A stretch of 64,000 bases of DNA, taken from positions 9,364,001 to 9,428,000 of the forward strand of contig CM075996.1 of the NCBI GenBank assembly GCA_038087875.1. Reading direction: 5' to 3'. The DNA is from Malacoraja senta (Eukaryota). Below are positions 51,615-63,533 of this stretch, one piece after another. The position numbers and the translations under genes were made by a program. Position 1 is the first letter of the stretch. Every line of letters begins with the position of its first letter. The notes beneath the pieces are model-generated. The model was not told the DNA's origin, made no database searches, and worked only from the letters and a program-made list of their open reading frames with translations.

Positions 51615-52062
51615 CAGGGGCCTCAGGGACATCAACCTCTGTGACTGTGACTGAAATACCATCACAGCGAATGGGGTCTCGAGAAGGCACATCAGTGTTC
51701 TCCCTATCAAAGCGTGCGTAAAACGCATTGAGCTCGTCAGGGAGTGATGTTTCGCCGACATTCGAGCTGCCTCCTGATCTCGCCTTGTAGGAGGTGATTG
51801 CATTCAAGCCCCGCCACAGCTGCCGAACATCTGTCTCATCCTCCAGTTTGGAGCAGAAGTCCCTTTTGGCCTTTTTGATGGCCTTACCAAGGTCGTATCT
51901 GGACTTCTTGTAGACCACTGTAACATCAGACATGAATGCCCAGTGTCTGGTCTTCAGAAGAGTGCGAATCTCATAGTTCATCCAAGGCTTCTGATTGGGA
52001 AACACTTGGAAGGTTTTTGTAGGGATGCAGTCCTCCACACATTTCTTTATGAAGTCTGTAAC
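51615..52062 (-). mobile_element. Rex1/Babar-like LINE internal fragment (upstream of RT)
   Basis: ORF 51589-52038 contains FPNQKPWMN..YKKSRYDLGKAIKKAKR..LWRGL..LPDELNAFYARFD. Confidence 0.75.
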
Positions 52063-52463
52063 AACATGTATCTATCTTCTAGCTGATCAATGGGATCGAG
52101 AAGGGCAGGGCCGCTAGCAAAGTCTTTCTCGACATTGGAAGGGTAGGAACTGCACCTGTGCATGAGGTTGCAGTTACAACTGTGCCCAGGTGCCTGGCAC
52201 ACAAATGTGAATGCCACCCACTACCAACATAGAGTCACAGAGTGATACAGCATATAAACAGGCCCTTCGGCCCAACTTGCCCACACCAGCCAAACATGTC
52301 CCAGCTACACTAATCCCACCTGCCTGCCTTTCGTCCACATCCCTCCAAACCTGTCCTATCTATGTACCCGTCTAACTGCTTCTTAAACTTTGGGTTAGTC
52401 CTTGCCTCTACTACCTCCTGTGGCAGCTTGTTCCACACACCCACCACCCAGCAGTCAGCTCAC

Positions 52464-52513
52464 CTCTTTACTACGTTCATCCAGGATCTCCACAAACTTT
52501 GCAGGAAACCAGC
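52464..52513 (-). CDS. SGSM3: SGSM3 SH3-domain exon (50 nt): (G)WFPAKFVEILDERSKE
   Basis: caacag|GC...GAG|gtgagc, phase 1/0. SH3 GWFPxxFV motif. Confidence 0.93.
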
Positions 52514-52785
52514 CTGTTGGAAGGAAAGGTCAGAGATGAATTTAGCAACAACGTCCTGGCATCCCATGTCCACAACCAGCAGTGCATGAAATGCTTCATC
52601 ACGCCTGGGACATTCGTCCTGTGTTTGACTACCACAGCAGCAGATCCTCCCTCACCCACAATCTGCCGTGAGCTATCTATGTCAAGCCAAGATTATAGTT
52701 GCAGTTTCAAATCTTAGAGATACAGCGCGGAAATTGTCCCATCGGCCCAATGAGCCCACGCCGACCAGCGATTCTCGCACAATAA

Positions 52786-53010
52786 CGGGCCTGTCCCACT
52801 TTCACAACCTAATTCACGACAGCTGCCAAGTTTGCCCGACTCATACTCGCAGCATGGTCGTCACGAGGTCGTAGGTCGGTCGTAGCAGGCCGTGATGCTA
52901 GTCGTAGGTACTCATGGCATCAAGTAGGTCGGGGCGTTTTTTCTAGCCTGATGAAAAATGTCCACGAGTAAAAAAGTTGTGACTTAGGTTGTGAAAGTGG
53001 GACAGGCCCT
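52786..53010. mobile_element. PIF/Harbinger-type MITE inserted in a SINE
   Basis: Same family as 44596-44823. TAA TSD at 52783-52785 and 53011-53013. Confidence 0.88.
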
Positions 53011-53236
53011 TAACGCTATCGTATACACACTAGGGGAAATTTACACTTATACCAAGCCAAGTAACCTACAAACCTGCACGTCTTTGGAGTGTGAGGGGAA
53101 ACTGAAGATCGCGGAGTAAACCCGGTCACGGGGAGAACGTACAAACTCCATACAGACAGCGCCCATAGTCAGGATCAAACCCGGGTCCTTGGCGCTGTAA
53201 CTCTACCGCTGCGCCTCCGTGCCGCCATGCGTCATA

Positions 53237-53995
53237 TAGACAATAGACAATCGGTGCAGGAGTAGGCCATTCAGCCCTTCGAGCCAGCACCGCCATTCAA
53301 TGTGATCATGGCTGATCATCCCCAATCAATACCCCGTTCCTGCCTTCTCCCCATATCCCCTGACCACTATTTTTATGAGCCCTATCTAATTCTCTCTTGA
53401 AAGCATCCAGAGAACCTGCCTCCACCGACCTCTGAGGCAGAGAATTCCACAGCCGCACCACTCTCTGTGAGAAAGAGTTTTCTCGTCTCCATTCTAAATG
53501 GCTTACTCCTTATTCTTAAACTGTGGCCCCTGGTTCTGGACTCCCCCAACATCAGGAACATGTTTCCTGCCTGTAGCGTGTCTAAACCCTTAACAATCTT
53601 ATATGTTTAAATGAGGTCCCCCTCATCCTTCTAAACTCCAGAGTGTACAAGCCCAGCTGCTCCATTCTCTCAGCATATGACGGTCCTACCATCCCGGGAT
53701 TTAACCTTGTAAACCTACGCTGCACTCCCTCAATAGCAAGAATGTCCTTCCTCAAATTAGGGGACCAAAACTGCACACAATACTCCAGGTGTGGTCTCAC
53801 TAGGGCTCTGTAGAACTGCAGAAGGACCTCTTTGCTCCTATACTCAACTCCTCTTGTTATAAAGGCCAACATGCCATTCGCTTTCTTCACTGCCTGCTGT
53901 CCCTGCATGCTTACTTTCATAGGCTGATGTACAAGGACCTCCAGATCCCGTTGTACTTCCCCTTTTCCCAACTTGACACCATTTAGGTAGTAATA
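53237..53995 (-). mobile_element. CR1 LINE 3' fragment
   Basis: ORF 53582-54064 encodes part of CR1 ORF2. Confidence 0.85.
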
Positions 53996-56329
53996 ATACA
54001 CAAGTACGGTGAGATACAGGTACAAAGAGAATCTTGCTTGTAACTGTTGTCTTTCCCGGTTCATTAGTTCTACTTCCTCAGAAGACCAAGGAAATTCAGA
54101 ATGTCTCCTAGGACTCTTACCAATTTCTACAGATGCACGGCACCACAGAACGCATCCTATCGGGATGCATCACAGATTGGGTTAGCTATTGCTCTGTCCA
54201 AGACCGGGAGAAATCTCAGAGGGTTGTGGATGTAGCTCAGTCCATCACACGAACAGCCTAAGATAGACACTAAAAGCTGGAGTAACTCAACGGGTCAGGC
54301 GGCATCTCTGCAGAACAGGAATAGGTCTGAACAAGGGTCTCAACCCGAAATGTCACCCATTCCTTTTCTCCAGAGATCTGTGTGACCCGCTGAGTTACTC
54401 CAGCTTTTTGTGTCTACCGTTAGTAAAGATAGTCAGCCTGAGAGTGCGCTGGTGAATGGGAGATGGGGGAGGCCTGACAGGAGTATATATGAGGGTGGGA
54501 GTGAGGCAGGAATGTCAGACAGAGGAAAGGGAGGGCTGTGTGAAGATCTGTGTGCCTGCAGTCTGTGGGACTGAGGAACACTTTGCCCATTGACTCTGAT
54601 ATCGGCCAAGGGAGGTAGGCCGTGCATGACTGGGCTCTGAACAAACTCTCAATTTGCCGAGAGGAGAACGTTTATTTAAAGGATGAGCAAAATCAAACTT
54701 CATCAACTTGAGGGCGGCGCAGTGATAGAGTTGCTGCCTCACAACGCCAGAGACCCGGGTTCAATCCTGACTATGGGTGCTGTCTATACAAACTTTGTAC
54801 GTTCTCTGGCTCGAAGGGCCGAATGGCCTACTCCTGCACCTATTGACTATTGTCCCTGTGACCTGCGTGGATTTTCTCCTGGTGCCCCAGTTTCCACCCA
54901 CACTCCAAAGACGTACAGGTTTGGAGGTTAATTGGCATCAGTAAAATTGTAAATTGTCCCTAGTGTGTGTAGGATAGTGTTAGTGTGCGGGGATCATTGG
55001 TGGGTGTGGACTCGGTGGGCCGAAGGGCCTGTTTCCGCGCTGTATCTCTAAACTAAAACTAAAACAAAACTTCTCGCATGAAAGGAAGACTAACTTTGCC
55101 AGGAAACAAGCACTGTGAGGAGATAACAACGTACAAATTCCGTGCTCTAAATCATCACCCAATTATGGCGATTACTCCAGCGTCTGAGAGGAGCCTAAAA
55201 CTAGAGGGAGACACAAGAGATTGCAGATGCTTGAATCTGGAGAAAAACACAAAATGGCTGGTGGAACTCAGTGGGTCGGGCATCTGAGAGAGAGACCTTT
55301 CTTCAAACTGCTGATGCTTCTTTGTGTCGAAGGGTCTCGACCTGAAGTGTCACCTGTTCCTTCTCTCCAGAGATGCTGCCTGTCCCGCTGAGTTACTCCA
55401 GCACTTTGTGTCTACTCTTATTCATACTCTCCATTTCTAAAACTAGAGAACATAGGTTTAAGTTGAGAGTGGGAAGTTCTAAAGGGAAGACGAGGGGCTG
55501 GTGGGGATATGGGATGAGCTGCCAGAGGGAGAGGGAGAGGCAAGAGAGAACTTCATTGTTCCGTTGCCAGTACATACGATATGAAACGCCCTTGACTCCT
55601 ATGCCACGCCGATTCTGTGAACAGAATTCTTTAGTCAGAGGGTAGTTAATCCGTGGAACTCATTGCCACAAAGGGCTGTGGAGGCCGTCAGTGGATATTT
55701 TTAAGGCAGAATTAGACAGGTTCTTGATTAGAACGGGTGTCAAGAGAAGGCAGGAAAATGAGATGAGGCGGAGTAGACGCGATGGGCCGAATGGCCTAAT
55801 TCTACTCCTATAACTTGTGAACTTGTTATCATCTGCTGGCGAACCTCTGGCGTGAGAAGACCAACAATGATTTCTCTGTGTAGGAAGGAACTGCAGCTGC
55901 TGGCTTATGCTAAAGAAAGACACAAAGTGCTGGGATAACTCAGCGGGTCAGACAGCGGGATAGGTGAGTTTTCAGGTTGGGACCCTTCTTCACCCTGTAG
56001 AAGGGTCCTGGCCCGAAACGTCACCCATCTTTTTACTCCGGAGATGCTGCCTGACCCGCTGAGTCACTCCAGCAGTTTGTGTCTATCTATAGTTTTGTGT
56101 GTTGTCTGAGTGTATGTGGCTGTGAAGCTGCTGCAAGCAAGATTTTCTTGCCGTACTTATGCATACAACAATAAACTGGAGCTCCCTTGACAGAGCAACC
56201 CTATCCCTGTTACTTCCTGCTCTGCAACCAATGTGACCTTCACGATAACCATTCACATTCATTGCTGACGTCGTGAAGGGCCCATTGCGCTCACTTGATT
56301 ATTGCTCTCATGTGGCCTGAAGTTATTTG

Positions 56330-56703
56330 GTCGGGTAGATGCACGGAGTCTTTGCCCAGAGTAGGGGAATCGAGGACCGGAGGACATAGGTTCAAGGTGA
56401 AGGGGAAAAGATTCAATAGGAATCTGAGGGGTAACTTTTTCACACAAAGGGTGGTGGGTGTATGGAACGAGCTGTCAGAGGAGGAGGTTGAGGCAGGGAC
56501 TATCCCAACGTTTAAAAAACAGTTAGACAGGTACATGGATAGGACATGTTTGGAGCGATATGGTCCAAGCGAGGCTGGTGGGACTAGTGTAGCGGGTACA
56601 TGTTTGCTGGTGTGGGTAAGTTGTACCGAAGGGCCTGTTTCCACACTGTATCTCACTATGACTCTATGAAGGGCCTGTTTCCACACTGCATCACTCTATG
56701 ACT
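56330..56703 (+). mobile_element. CR1 LINE 3' fragment with duplicated terminus
   Basis: ORF 56295-56669. GAAGGGCCTGTTTCCACACTG occurs at 56628 and 56668. Confidence 0.8.
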
Positions 56704-57376
56704 GAAGTCTGGCTTTAGAGCTGGTGGGAATCATTGTCAGAGCCGCAGCAATCTCCTCCCTCCTCTCCCGATGCCAGGCATCGATACATCTCATAAAGCA
56801 CAGGGGATTTATCTATCTTCCCTTCTTCAAACAGAAAGTATGGGGGGGGTGAGGGGGGGGGCTGATTTTTTTGAGTTGGGGGCTGAGGGGTGGAATGGGG
56901 AGGTGTGTAAGAAGGGATTGCAGATGCTGGTTTACACCGAAGATAGACGCAAAATGCTGGGGTAACTCAGCGGGACAGGCAGCACCTCTGGATCTGGAAG
57001 GGTCTCGACCCCAAACACCAGCCATACTTTCTCTCCAGAGATGCTGCCCGTCGTGCTGAGTTACTCCAGCATTATGTGTCCTTCTATGGGGAGGCCTCTG
57101 TTGAGGACAGACGGTACTGTATCGGAAAGGGGGAGGTCAGGGGGGGGGATGGTGAAAACACGACAAGGGTGAGGGTTGGGGGTCAGAGGGGGGAGGGGGC
57201 AAGGGATGGGGCCAACAATGACCATTTGTGCACACAGTAGTAAGATGGGCCGTTGTCAACGCTGAGCCAGAGATCTAGTTCAGTTGTTTATTGTCACTGT
57301 ACTGAGGTACAGCGTGAAGCTACAGTGCTGTGCTGCCACGGGCCACCAGACTGAAGGGCGTTGTAGAGGCACTCAC

Positions 57377-57431
57377 CTCGTAGACCATTCAGCTCCCCCA
57401 CCCAGCAATGCTCATCCTTCTGAGAGATGAT
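57377..57431 (-). CDS. SGSM3: SGSM3 SH3-domain exon (55 nt): [18 protein letters not shown](G)
   Basis: tttcag|ATC...G|gtgagt, phase 0/1. Confidence 0.93.
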
Positions 57432-57896
57432 CTGAAAGGTACAAGCGTCCACCTCAGTTACCGGGGAAAGAGCAGCGTCAAAGACTCAACAAGAACACAA
57501 CACGGCAGGGTCCAAAATAACATGCGTCACAGGGGTAACCCAAGATATCGGAGCACTTTATCTACAGCGTGTGGCTGCACGTCAAGTGAAGTCACATAAA
57601 GTGAACTTGTGTAGTCAGTGGCAACGACAGCCACTTCACATACAGTGGAGACACAAGGAACAGCAGATGTAGCCCTTCGTCCCTCAATGTTTGTGTACTG
57701 AAGGCCAATATTTCACTGGCCTTTCTAGTGGCGGCACGGTGGCATAGCGGTAGAGCTACTGCCTTACAGCGCTAGAGACACGGATTCGATCCCGACTACG
57801 GGTGCTGCCTGTATGTTCTCCCCGTGACCAGCGGGGGGTTTTCTCCGACATCTTCGGTTTCCTCCCACACTCCAAAGACGTACAGGTTTGTAGGTT

Positions 57897-58101
57897 GTTA
57901 AAGAAGGAACTGCAGATGCTGGAAAATCGAAGGTACACAAAAATGCTGGAGAAACTCAGCGGGTGCAGCAGCATCTATGGAGCGAAGGAAATAGGCAACG
58001 TTTCGGGACGAAGAAGGGTTTCGGCCCGAAACGTTGCCTATTTCCTTCGCTCCATAGATGCTGCTGCACCAGCTGAGTTTCTCCAGCATTTTTGTGTACC
58101 T
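57897..58101. mobile_element. Palindromic Penelope-pLTR-derived short element with 14-bp TSD, inside a SINE
   Basis: CAGGTTTGTAGGTT occurs at 57883-57896 and 58102-58115. Inverted arms. Confidence 0.8.
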
Positions 58102-58160
58102 CAGGTTTGTAGGTTAATTGGCTTGGTATAATTGTAAAATTGTCCCTAATGTGTGTAGGG

Positions 58161-58390
58161 CAGGGCCGTCTTAACGCATGGGCACGCTGGGCAGTTGCCC
58201 GGGGCCCCACGAGCATAGGGGCCCGCATGCTAATCTATGTATTGTAGAATGTTATTGTAGAACATGAAAACGGGGAAGAAGATCGCAAGTGCATGACGGC
58301 ATACTTGATTTGGCATAAAGAAACTGGAGGTATAGGGGCCCCAGTGCATTGCTTTGCCCGGGGGCCTATAATGCTGTTAAGACGGCCCTG
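58161..58390. mobile_element. hAT-type MITE inserted in a SINE
   Basis: Perfect 15-bp TIR CAGGGCCGTCTTAAC. 8-bp TSD GTGTAGGG at 58153-58160 and 58391-58398. Confidence 0.92.
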
Positions 58391-61290
58391 GTGTAGGGTA
58401 GTGGAAATGTGCAGGGATCACTGGTCGGTGCGGACTCGGTGGGCCGAAGGGCCTGTTTCCGTGCTGTATCTCTAAACTAAACTAATTACTTGGTACACCT
58501 GCATGCTAACCTATTCTATTTCATACACTCAGATCCCTTTACAACCAATATTTGTAGTGTCACTCCATTCAAATAATAATGGCTCTTGTCATTTTTCTGT
58601 CCAAAGCCTCACATTTTTCCCCATTTACTTTAGTTTAGACATACATCATCTGCCAACTTCTTGCCCATTTAGTTAACCTATCCATATCCCTCTGAGGCTC
58701 TTTGTGTCCTCGTCACATCTTGCTTGCCCACCTCCCTTTGTATTTGCCTACAGTGCACTTGGCCTATCTCCCCTTCACTAGGGTCATATCCCAGCGGGTC
58801 AGGGCTCTGTGAGTACATCGGGTGTTCTTTAAACGTGACGAGGACGCTGCTTCCACCATGTCTCTAGTAAACAGCAGTTTAGTTGAGCAGTAACAGCACA
58901 TTTGTTTAGTCTAGAGATACAGCGCTGAAATAGGCCCTTCAGTGCCGACCAGCGATCCCCGCACACTAACACTATCCTACACCCACTAGGGACAATTTTT
59001 ACATTTACCGAGCCAATTAACCTCCAAACCTATACGTCTTTGGAGTGTGGGAGGAACAAAGATCTCGGAGTAAACCCACGCAGGTCACGGGGAGAACGTA
59101 AAACTCCGTACAGACAGCACCCGTAGTCGGGATCGAACCCAGGTCTCCGGCGCTGCATTCGCTGTAGGGCAGCAACTCTACCGCTGCGCCACCGTCATGT
59201 TGGGAATGTTATCGAATGTGAGCGACTCTGCACCAAACTAATCTGGGATGTATTATCCCCATGGTGCAGTTTTGCAATCTTTAGCATGTTGGCCCAGGAC
59301 CCGTTTGAGGGTAGACACAAAATGCTGGAGTAACTCAGCGGGACAGGCAGCATCTCTGGGGAGAAGGAACGGGTGACGTTTCGGGTCGAGACCCTTCTTC
59401 AGACTGAGCTCTGTCTAAAGAAGGGTCTCGTCCCGAAACGTCACCATTCCTTCTACTCCAGCATTTTGTGTCTATCTTTGGTGTAAACCAGCATCTGCAG
59501 TTCCTTCCTACACATTTACCTATGTGAGGGTAATGAGATTAGTTTAGTTTAGAGATATAACGTGGAAACAGACGCTTCGGCCCACCGAGTCCGCGCCGCC
59601 CAATCATTCATACACTAGTTCTACCCTACATACTAGGGACAATCTACAGAAGCCAATTGACCTACAAACCTGCACGTATTTGGAATGTGGGAGGAATCTG
59701 CACCACCCAGGGAAAACCCACGCGGTCACAAGGAGAACGTACAAACTCCGTACAGAACCTGGGTTTCTGGCGCTGTGAGGCAGCAACTCTACCGCTGCGC
59801 CACCGTGCTGTGTGACGTGTAGGTGCCTCCTGTGTGTCTGATCGAGACTCAGGAACTGCAGGTGTTGGAATCTTGAACAAAGCACAAAATGCTGGAGGAA
59901 CTCAGAGAAAATGGTCAGGTAACGTTTTGGATCGGAATCTTTCTTAAGACTGGACAGTCTGAAGAAGGGTCCTAATCCAAAATGTTTTCTATCCATTTCC
60001 TCCACAGATGTTGCCTGACCCCCTGAGTTCCTCCAGCACTTTATGTTTTCCTCCTGTGCATCATACATGGGTATCTGTTGAATGTTGTACAATGCTTACA
60101 ATGAAGATCAAATACCTATGTAGGAGGTCATTCGGCCCATTGAGTCTATGCTGGCTCTTCATACAAGCCCATCTGTTCCAATCTACAGCGCTTTGCACAG
60201 AAACCTATGAGTTATTTGTTCCCCGTGCACCTGTCACATTCCTTCCTGATTGAAGATACGAGGAACTGCAGATGCTGGTTTGGATACAAAGTGCTGGAGT
60301 GACTCAGCGGATCAGGCATCATAGAAGAATCCTGACCCAAAACATCACCTATCCATGTTCTCCAGAGGTGATGCCAGACCTGCTGAGTTACTCCAGCATT
60401 TTGTGGCTTCTTCTGCTATCGTTTGACTCTCTTTCTACTCCAGGTGATGAATCCCAGATCAGAACCAGTCTGAAGAAGGGTCTCGACTCAAAACGTCGCC
60501 TATTCCTTCTCTCCATAGATGCTGCCTCACCCGCTGAGTTTCTCCAGCATTTTTTGTCTACCACCCTTTATGTAAATATGTTTCTGCTTACATCCCTCTC
60601 TTCGAACCATCACACAAAGGCTTTAGGCACCTTCTCTGGGACCTTCACATTTTCTGGACCAGAGATGGACACAATACCCCAGTGAAGCCCTAACCAGCAT
60701 GAGCTACATAAGTACCTTCTCTTGCACTCTGCTTTTATTGATTCATGCTAGGATCCCATTATTCACCAAATCCTCTTTTAACACGGCCCACTATTTTCAA
60801 GAACATTTGCACGCAGAACCCTCCATAATGGCAATTGCTTTAGTCTAGACCGTCTCTTTCTTTCTTAGTTTTAGTTTTAGAGATACAGGCCCTTCGGCCC
60901 ACCGGGTCCACATCGACCAGCGATCCCCGCATATTAACACTCTCCTACACACACTAGGGACAATTTGCACATACACCAAGCCAATTAACCTACAAACCTG
61001 TACGTCTTTCGAATGTGGGAGGAAACCAAAGATCTCGGAGAAAACCCACGCAGGTCACGGGGAGAACGTACAAACTCCGTACAGACAGCACCCGTGGTGG
61101 GGATGGAACCCGGGTCTCCGGCGCTGTAAGAGCTGTAATGCAGCAACTCTACCGCTGTGCCACCGTGACCACCCTGACCTTCTGACCAAGTGCGTGGTGT
61201 CAATGCATAACCAGTCTAGGGTGTTCTGCACATTCTGGTGTGTAGAAAGGAACTGTAGATGCAGGTTTATTCCGAAGATAGACACAAAGT

Positions 61291-61498
61291 ACTGGAGTAA
61301 CTCAGCGGGCTATTCATGCTGGAGTACTGCGTGCTGGAGTAACTCAGCGGGCTACTCATGCTGGAGTACTGCGTGCTGGAGTAACTCAGCGGCCCACTCA
61401 TGCTGGAGTACTGCATGCTGGAGTAACTCAGCGGACTACTCATGCTGGAGAACTGCGTGCTGGAGTAACTCAGCGGGCCACTCATACTGGAGTAACTC
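61291..61498 (+). repeat. 42-bp tandem repeat x~5 derived from the Penelope-pLTR element (GCTGGAGTAACTCAGCGGGCTACTCATGCTGGAGTACTGCGT)
   Basis: Directly visible. Gives the 14-aa periodicity in ORF 61194-61871. Confidence 0.88.
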
Positions 61499-61599
61499 AC
61501 CCTACCTGAATTACTCCAGCACTTTGTGGCTATCGACATTCTGGTGTCTGCTATGTTTCCCACTGTTCAGGGCTCTGCACTACATAAAATCAGCGTATA

Positions 61600-61922
61600 T
61601 AATCATGAGAGGAATAGGTCGGGGAGACACACAGAGTCTCTTGTCCAGAGTAGGGGAATCGAGGACCAGAGGACATAGGTTCAAGGTGAGGTGGAAAAGA
61701 TTTAATAGGAAACAGAAGGGTAACTTTTTCACACAAAGGGTGGTGGGTGTATGGAACAAGCTGCCAGAGGAGGTAGTTGAGGCTGGGACTGTCCCAACGT
61801 TTAACAAACAGTTAGACAGGTACAAGTTTGGAGGGATATGGGCCAAATGCAGGCAGGTGGGACTAGTGTAGATGGAGCATTTGGGCAAGTTGGGCCTGTT
61901 TCCACGCTGTATGACGCTATGA
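61600..61922 (+). mobile_element. CR1 LINE 3' fragment
   Basis: Encodes ESRTRGHRFKV..FFTQRVVGVWN followed by a tail. Confidence 0.8.
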
Positions 61923-61946
61923 CGTGGAGCAGCATCTCACACCTAC

Positions 61947-62102
61947 CGTGATGATGTCGTTCTTTCGGAACCCCAGCTCATCGTCATCGTGACGCTCGAA
62001 GTCCAGGAGCGCTTTGGCTCGGCGTCTTCCGTTCCGCGACACGGCAACGTAGTTCTCATGGTCCTTCTGATGGCTCTCCATGGAGTAATCTGGCATCAGC
62101 TC
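61947..62102 (-). CDS. SGSM3: SGSM3 exon leading into SH3 (156 nt): [52 protein letters not shown]; the gene continues beyond the window
   Basis: ccatag|GAG...ACG|gtaggt, phase 0/0. [15 protein letters not shown] is the SH3 signature. Confidence 0.94.
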
Positions 62103-62236
62103 CTATGGAGGAGGAGGCAAGTCAATCCCTGGTCTTGGAAGGTAGACAAAAATGCTGGAGACTCAGCGGGTGAGGCAGCATCTATGGAGCGAAGGAATAG
62201 GTCGAAACGTCACCTATTCCTTCGCTCCATAGATGC

Positions 62237-63533
62237 TCAGATCAGATTCAGATTCAGATTCAACTTTATTGTCATTGTGCAGTGTACAGTACAGAGACAA
62301 CGAAATACAGTTAGCATCTCCCTAGAAGAGCGACATAAATATGAGCAATAAATAAATCTATTTACGTGCATACAGTCACAGTATATTTTTTTTCCTGGTG
62401 GGAGGAGTGTCCGGGGGGGGGGGGGGGGATGATTGGCAGTCACCGAGGTACAGTGTTGAGTAGTGTAACTGCCGCAGGGAAGAAGCTGTTCCCGGACCTG
62501 CTGGTCCGGCAACGGAGAGACCTGTAGCGCCTCCCGGATGGTAGGAGGGTAAACAGTCTGTGGTTGGGGTGAGAGCAGTCCTTGGCGATGCTGAGCGCCC
62601 TTCGCAGACAACGCTTGCTTTGGACAGACTCAATGGAGGGGAGTGAGGAACCGGTGAAGCTTTGGGCGGTTTTCAACACCCTCTGCAGTGCTTTCCGGTC
62701 GGAGACAGAGCAGTTGCCATTCCATACTGTGATACAGTTGGTAAGGATGCTCTCGATGGTGCAGCGGTAGAAGTTCACCAGAATCTGAGGAGACAGATGG
62801 ACCTTCTTTAGTCTCCTCAGGAAGAAGAGACGCTGGTGAGCCTTCTTGACCAGAGTTGAGGTATTGTGGGTCCAAGAGAGGTCATCGGAGATGTTGACCC
62901 CCAGGAACCTGAAGCTGGAAACACGTTCCGCCTCCGTCCCGTTAATGTAGATGGGGGTGTGCGTGCCGCCCCTAGACTTCCTGAAGTCTACAATGAGCTC
63001 CTTGGTCTTCTTGGAGTTAAGGGCCAGGTTGTTGTCAGCGCACCATGCTGCTAGGAGCTGGACCTCCTCCCTATAGGCCGACTCATCGTTGTTGCTGATG
63101 AGGCCAATCACCGTTGTATCATCTGCATACTTGATGATGGTGTTAGTACCATGTACAGGTGTGCAGTCGCAGGTGAAGAGGGAGTAGAGGAGGGGGCTCA
63201 GCACACAGCCCTGTGGAACGCCGGTGTTCAGGGTGAGGGTTGAAGAGGTGTGCTTGTCTAACCTAACAGACTGGGGTCTGTTGGTTAGAAAGTCCAGTAT
63301 CCAGTTGCAGAGGGAGGGGTCGATGCACCCCCCCGAGTTTGGTGATCAGTTTAGAGGGTATGATGGTGTTGAATGCTGAGCTGTAATCGATGAACAGCAT
63401 TCTTATGTAAGTGTCTCTGTTGTCGAGGTGGGAGAGGGCAGAGTGAAGTGCCGTTGAGATGGCATCCTCCGTACTCCTGTTCTTGCGGTAGGCGATCTGA
63501 TAGGGGTCCAGTGTGGGGGGTAGGCAGCCTTTG
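62237..63533 (-). mobile_element. Rex1/Babar-like LINE, 5'-truncated RT region with (ATCTGA)n tail
   Basis: ORF 63263-63727 contains [22 protein letters not shown] 62440-63204 contains [24 protein letters not shown]. One frameshift. Confidence 0.85.

Noticed and set aside
61194..61871. 225-aa ORF with WSNSAGYSCWSTAC repeats, or a CRISPR-like array
   Set aside because: It is a plain 42-bp tandem repeat without unique spacers, fused to a CR1 fragment. Vertebrate context and no cas genes.
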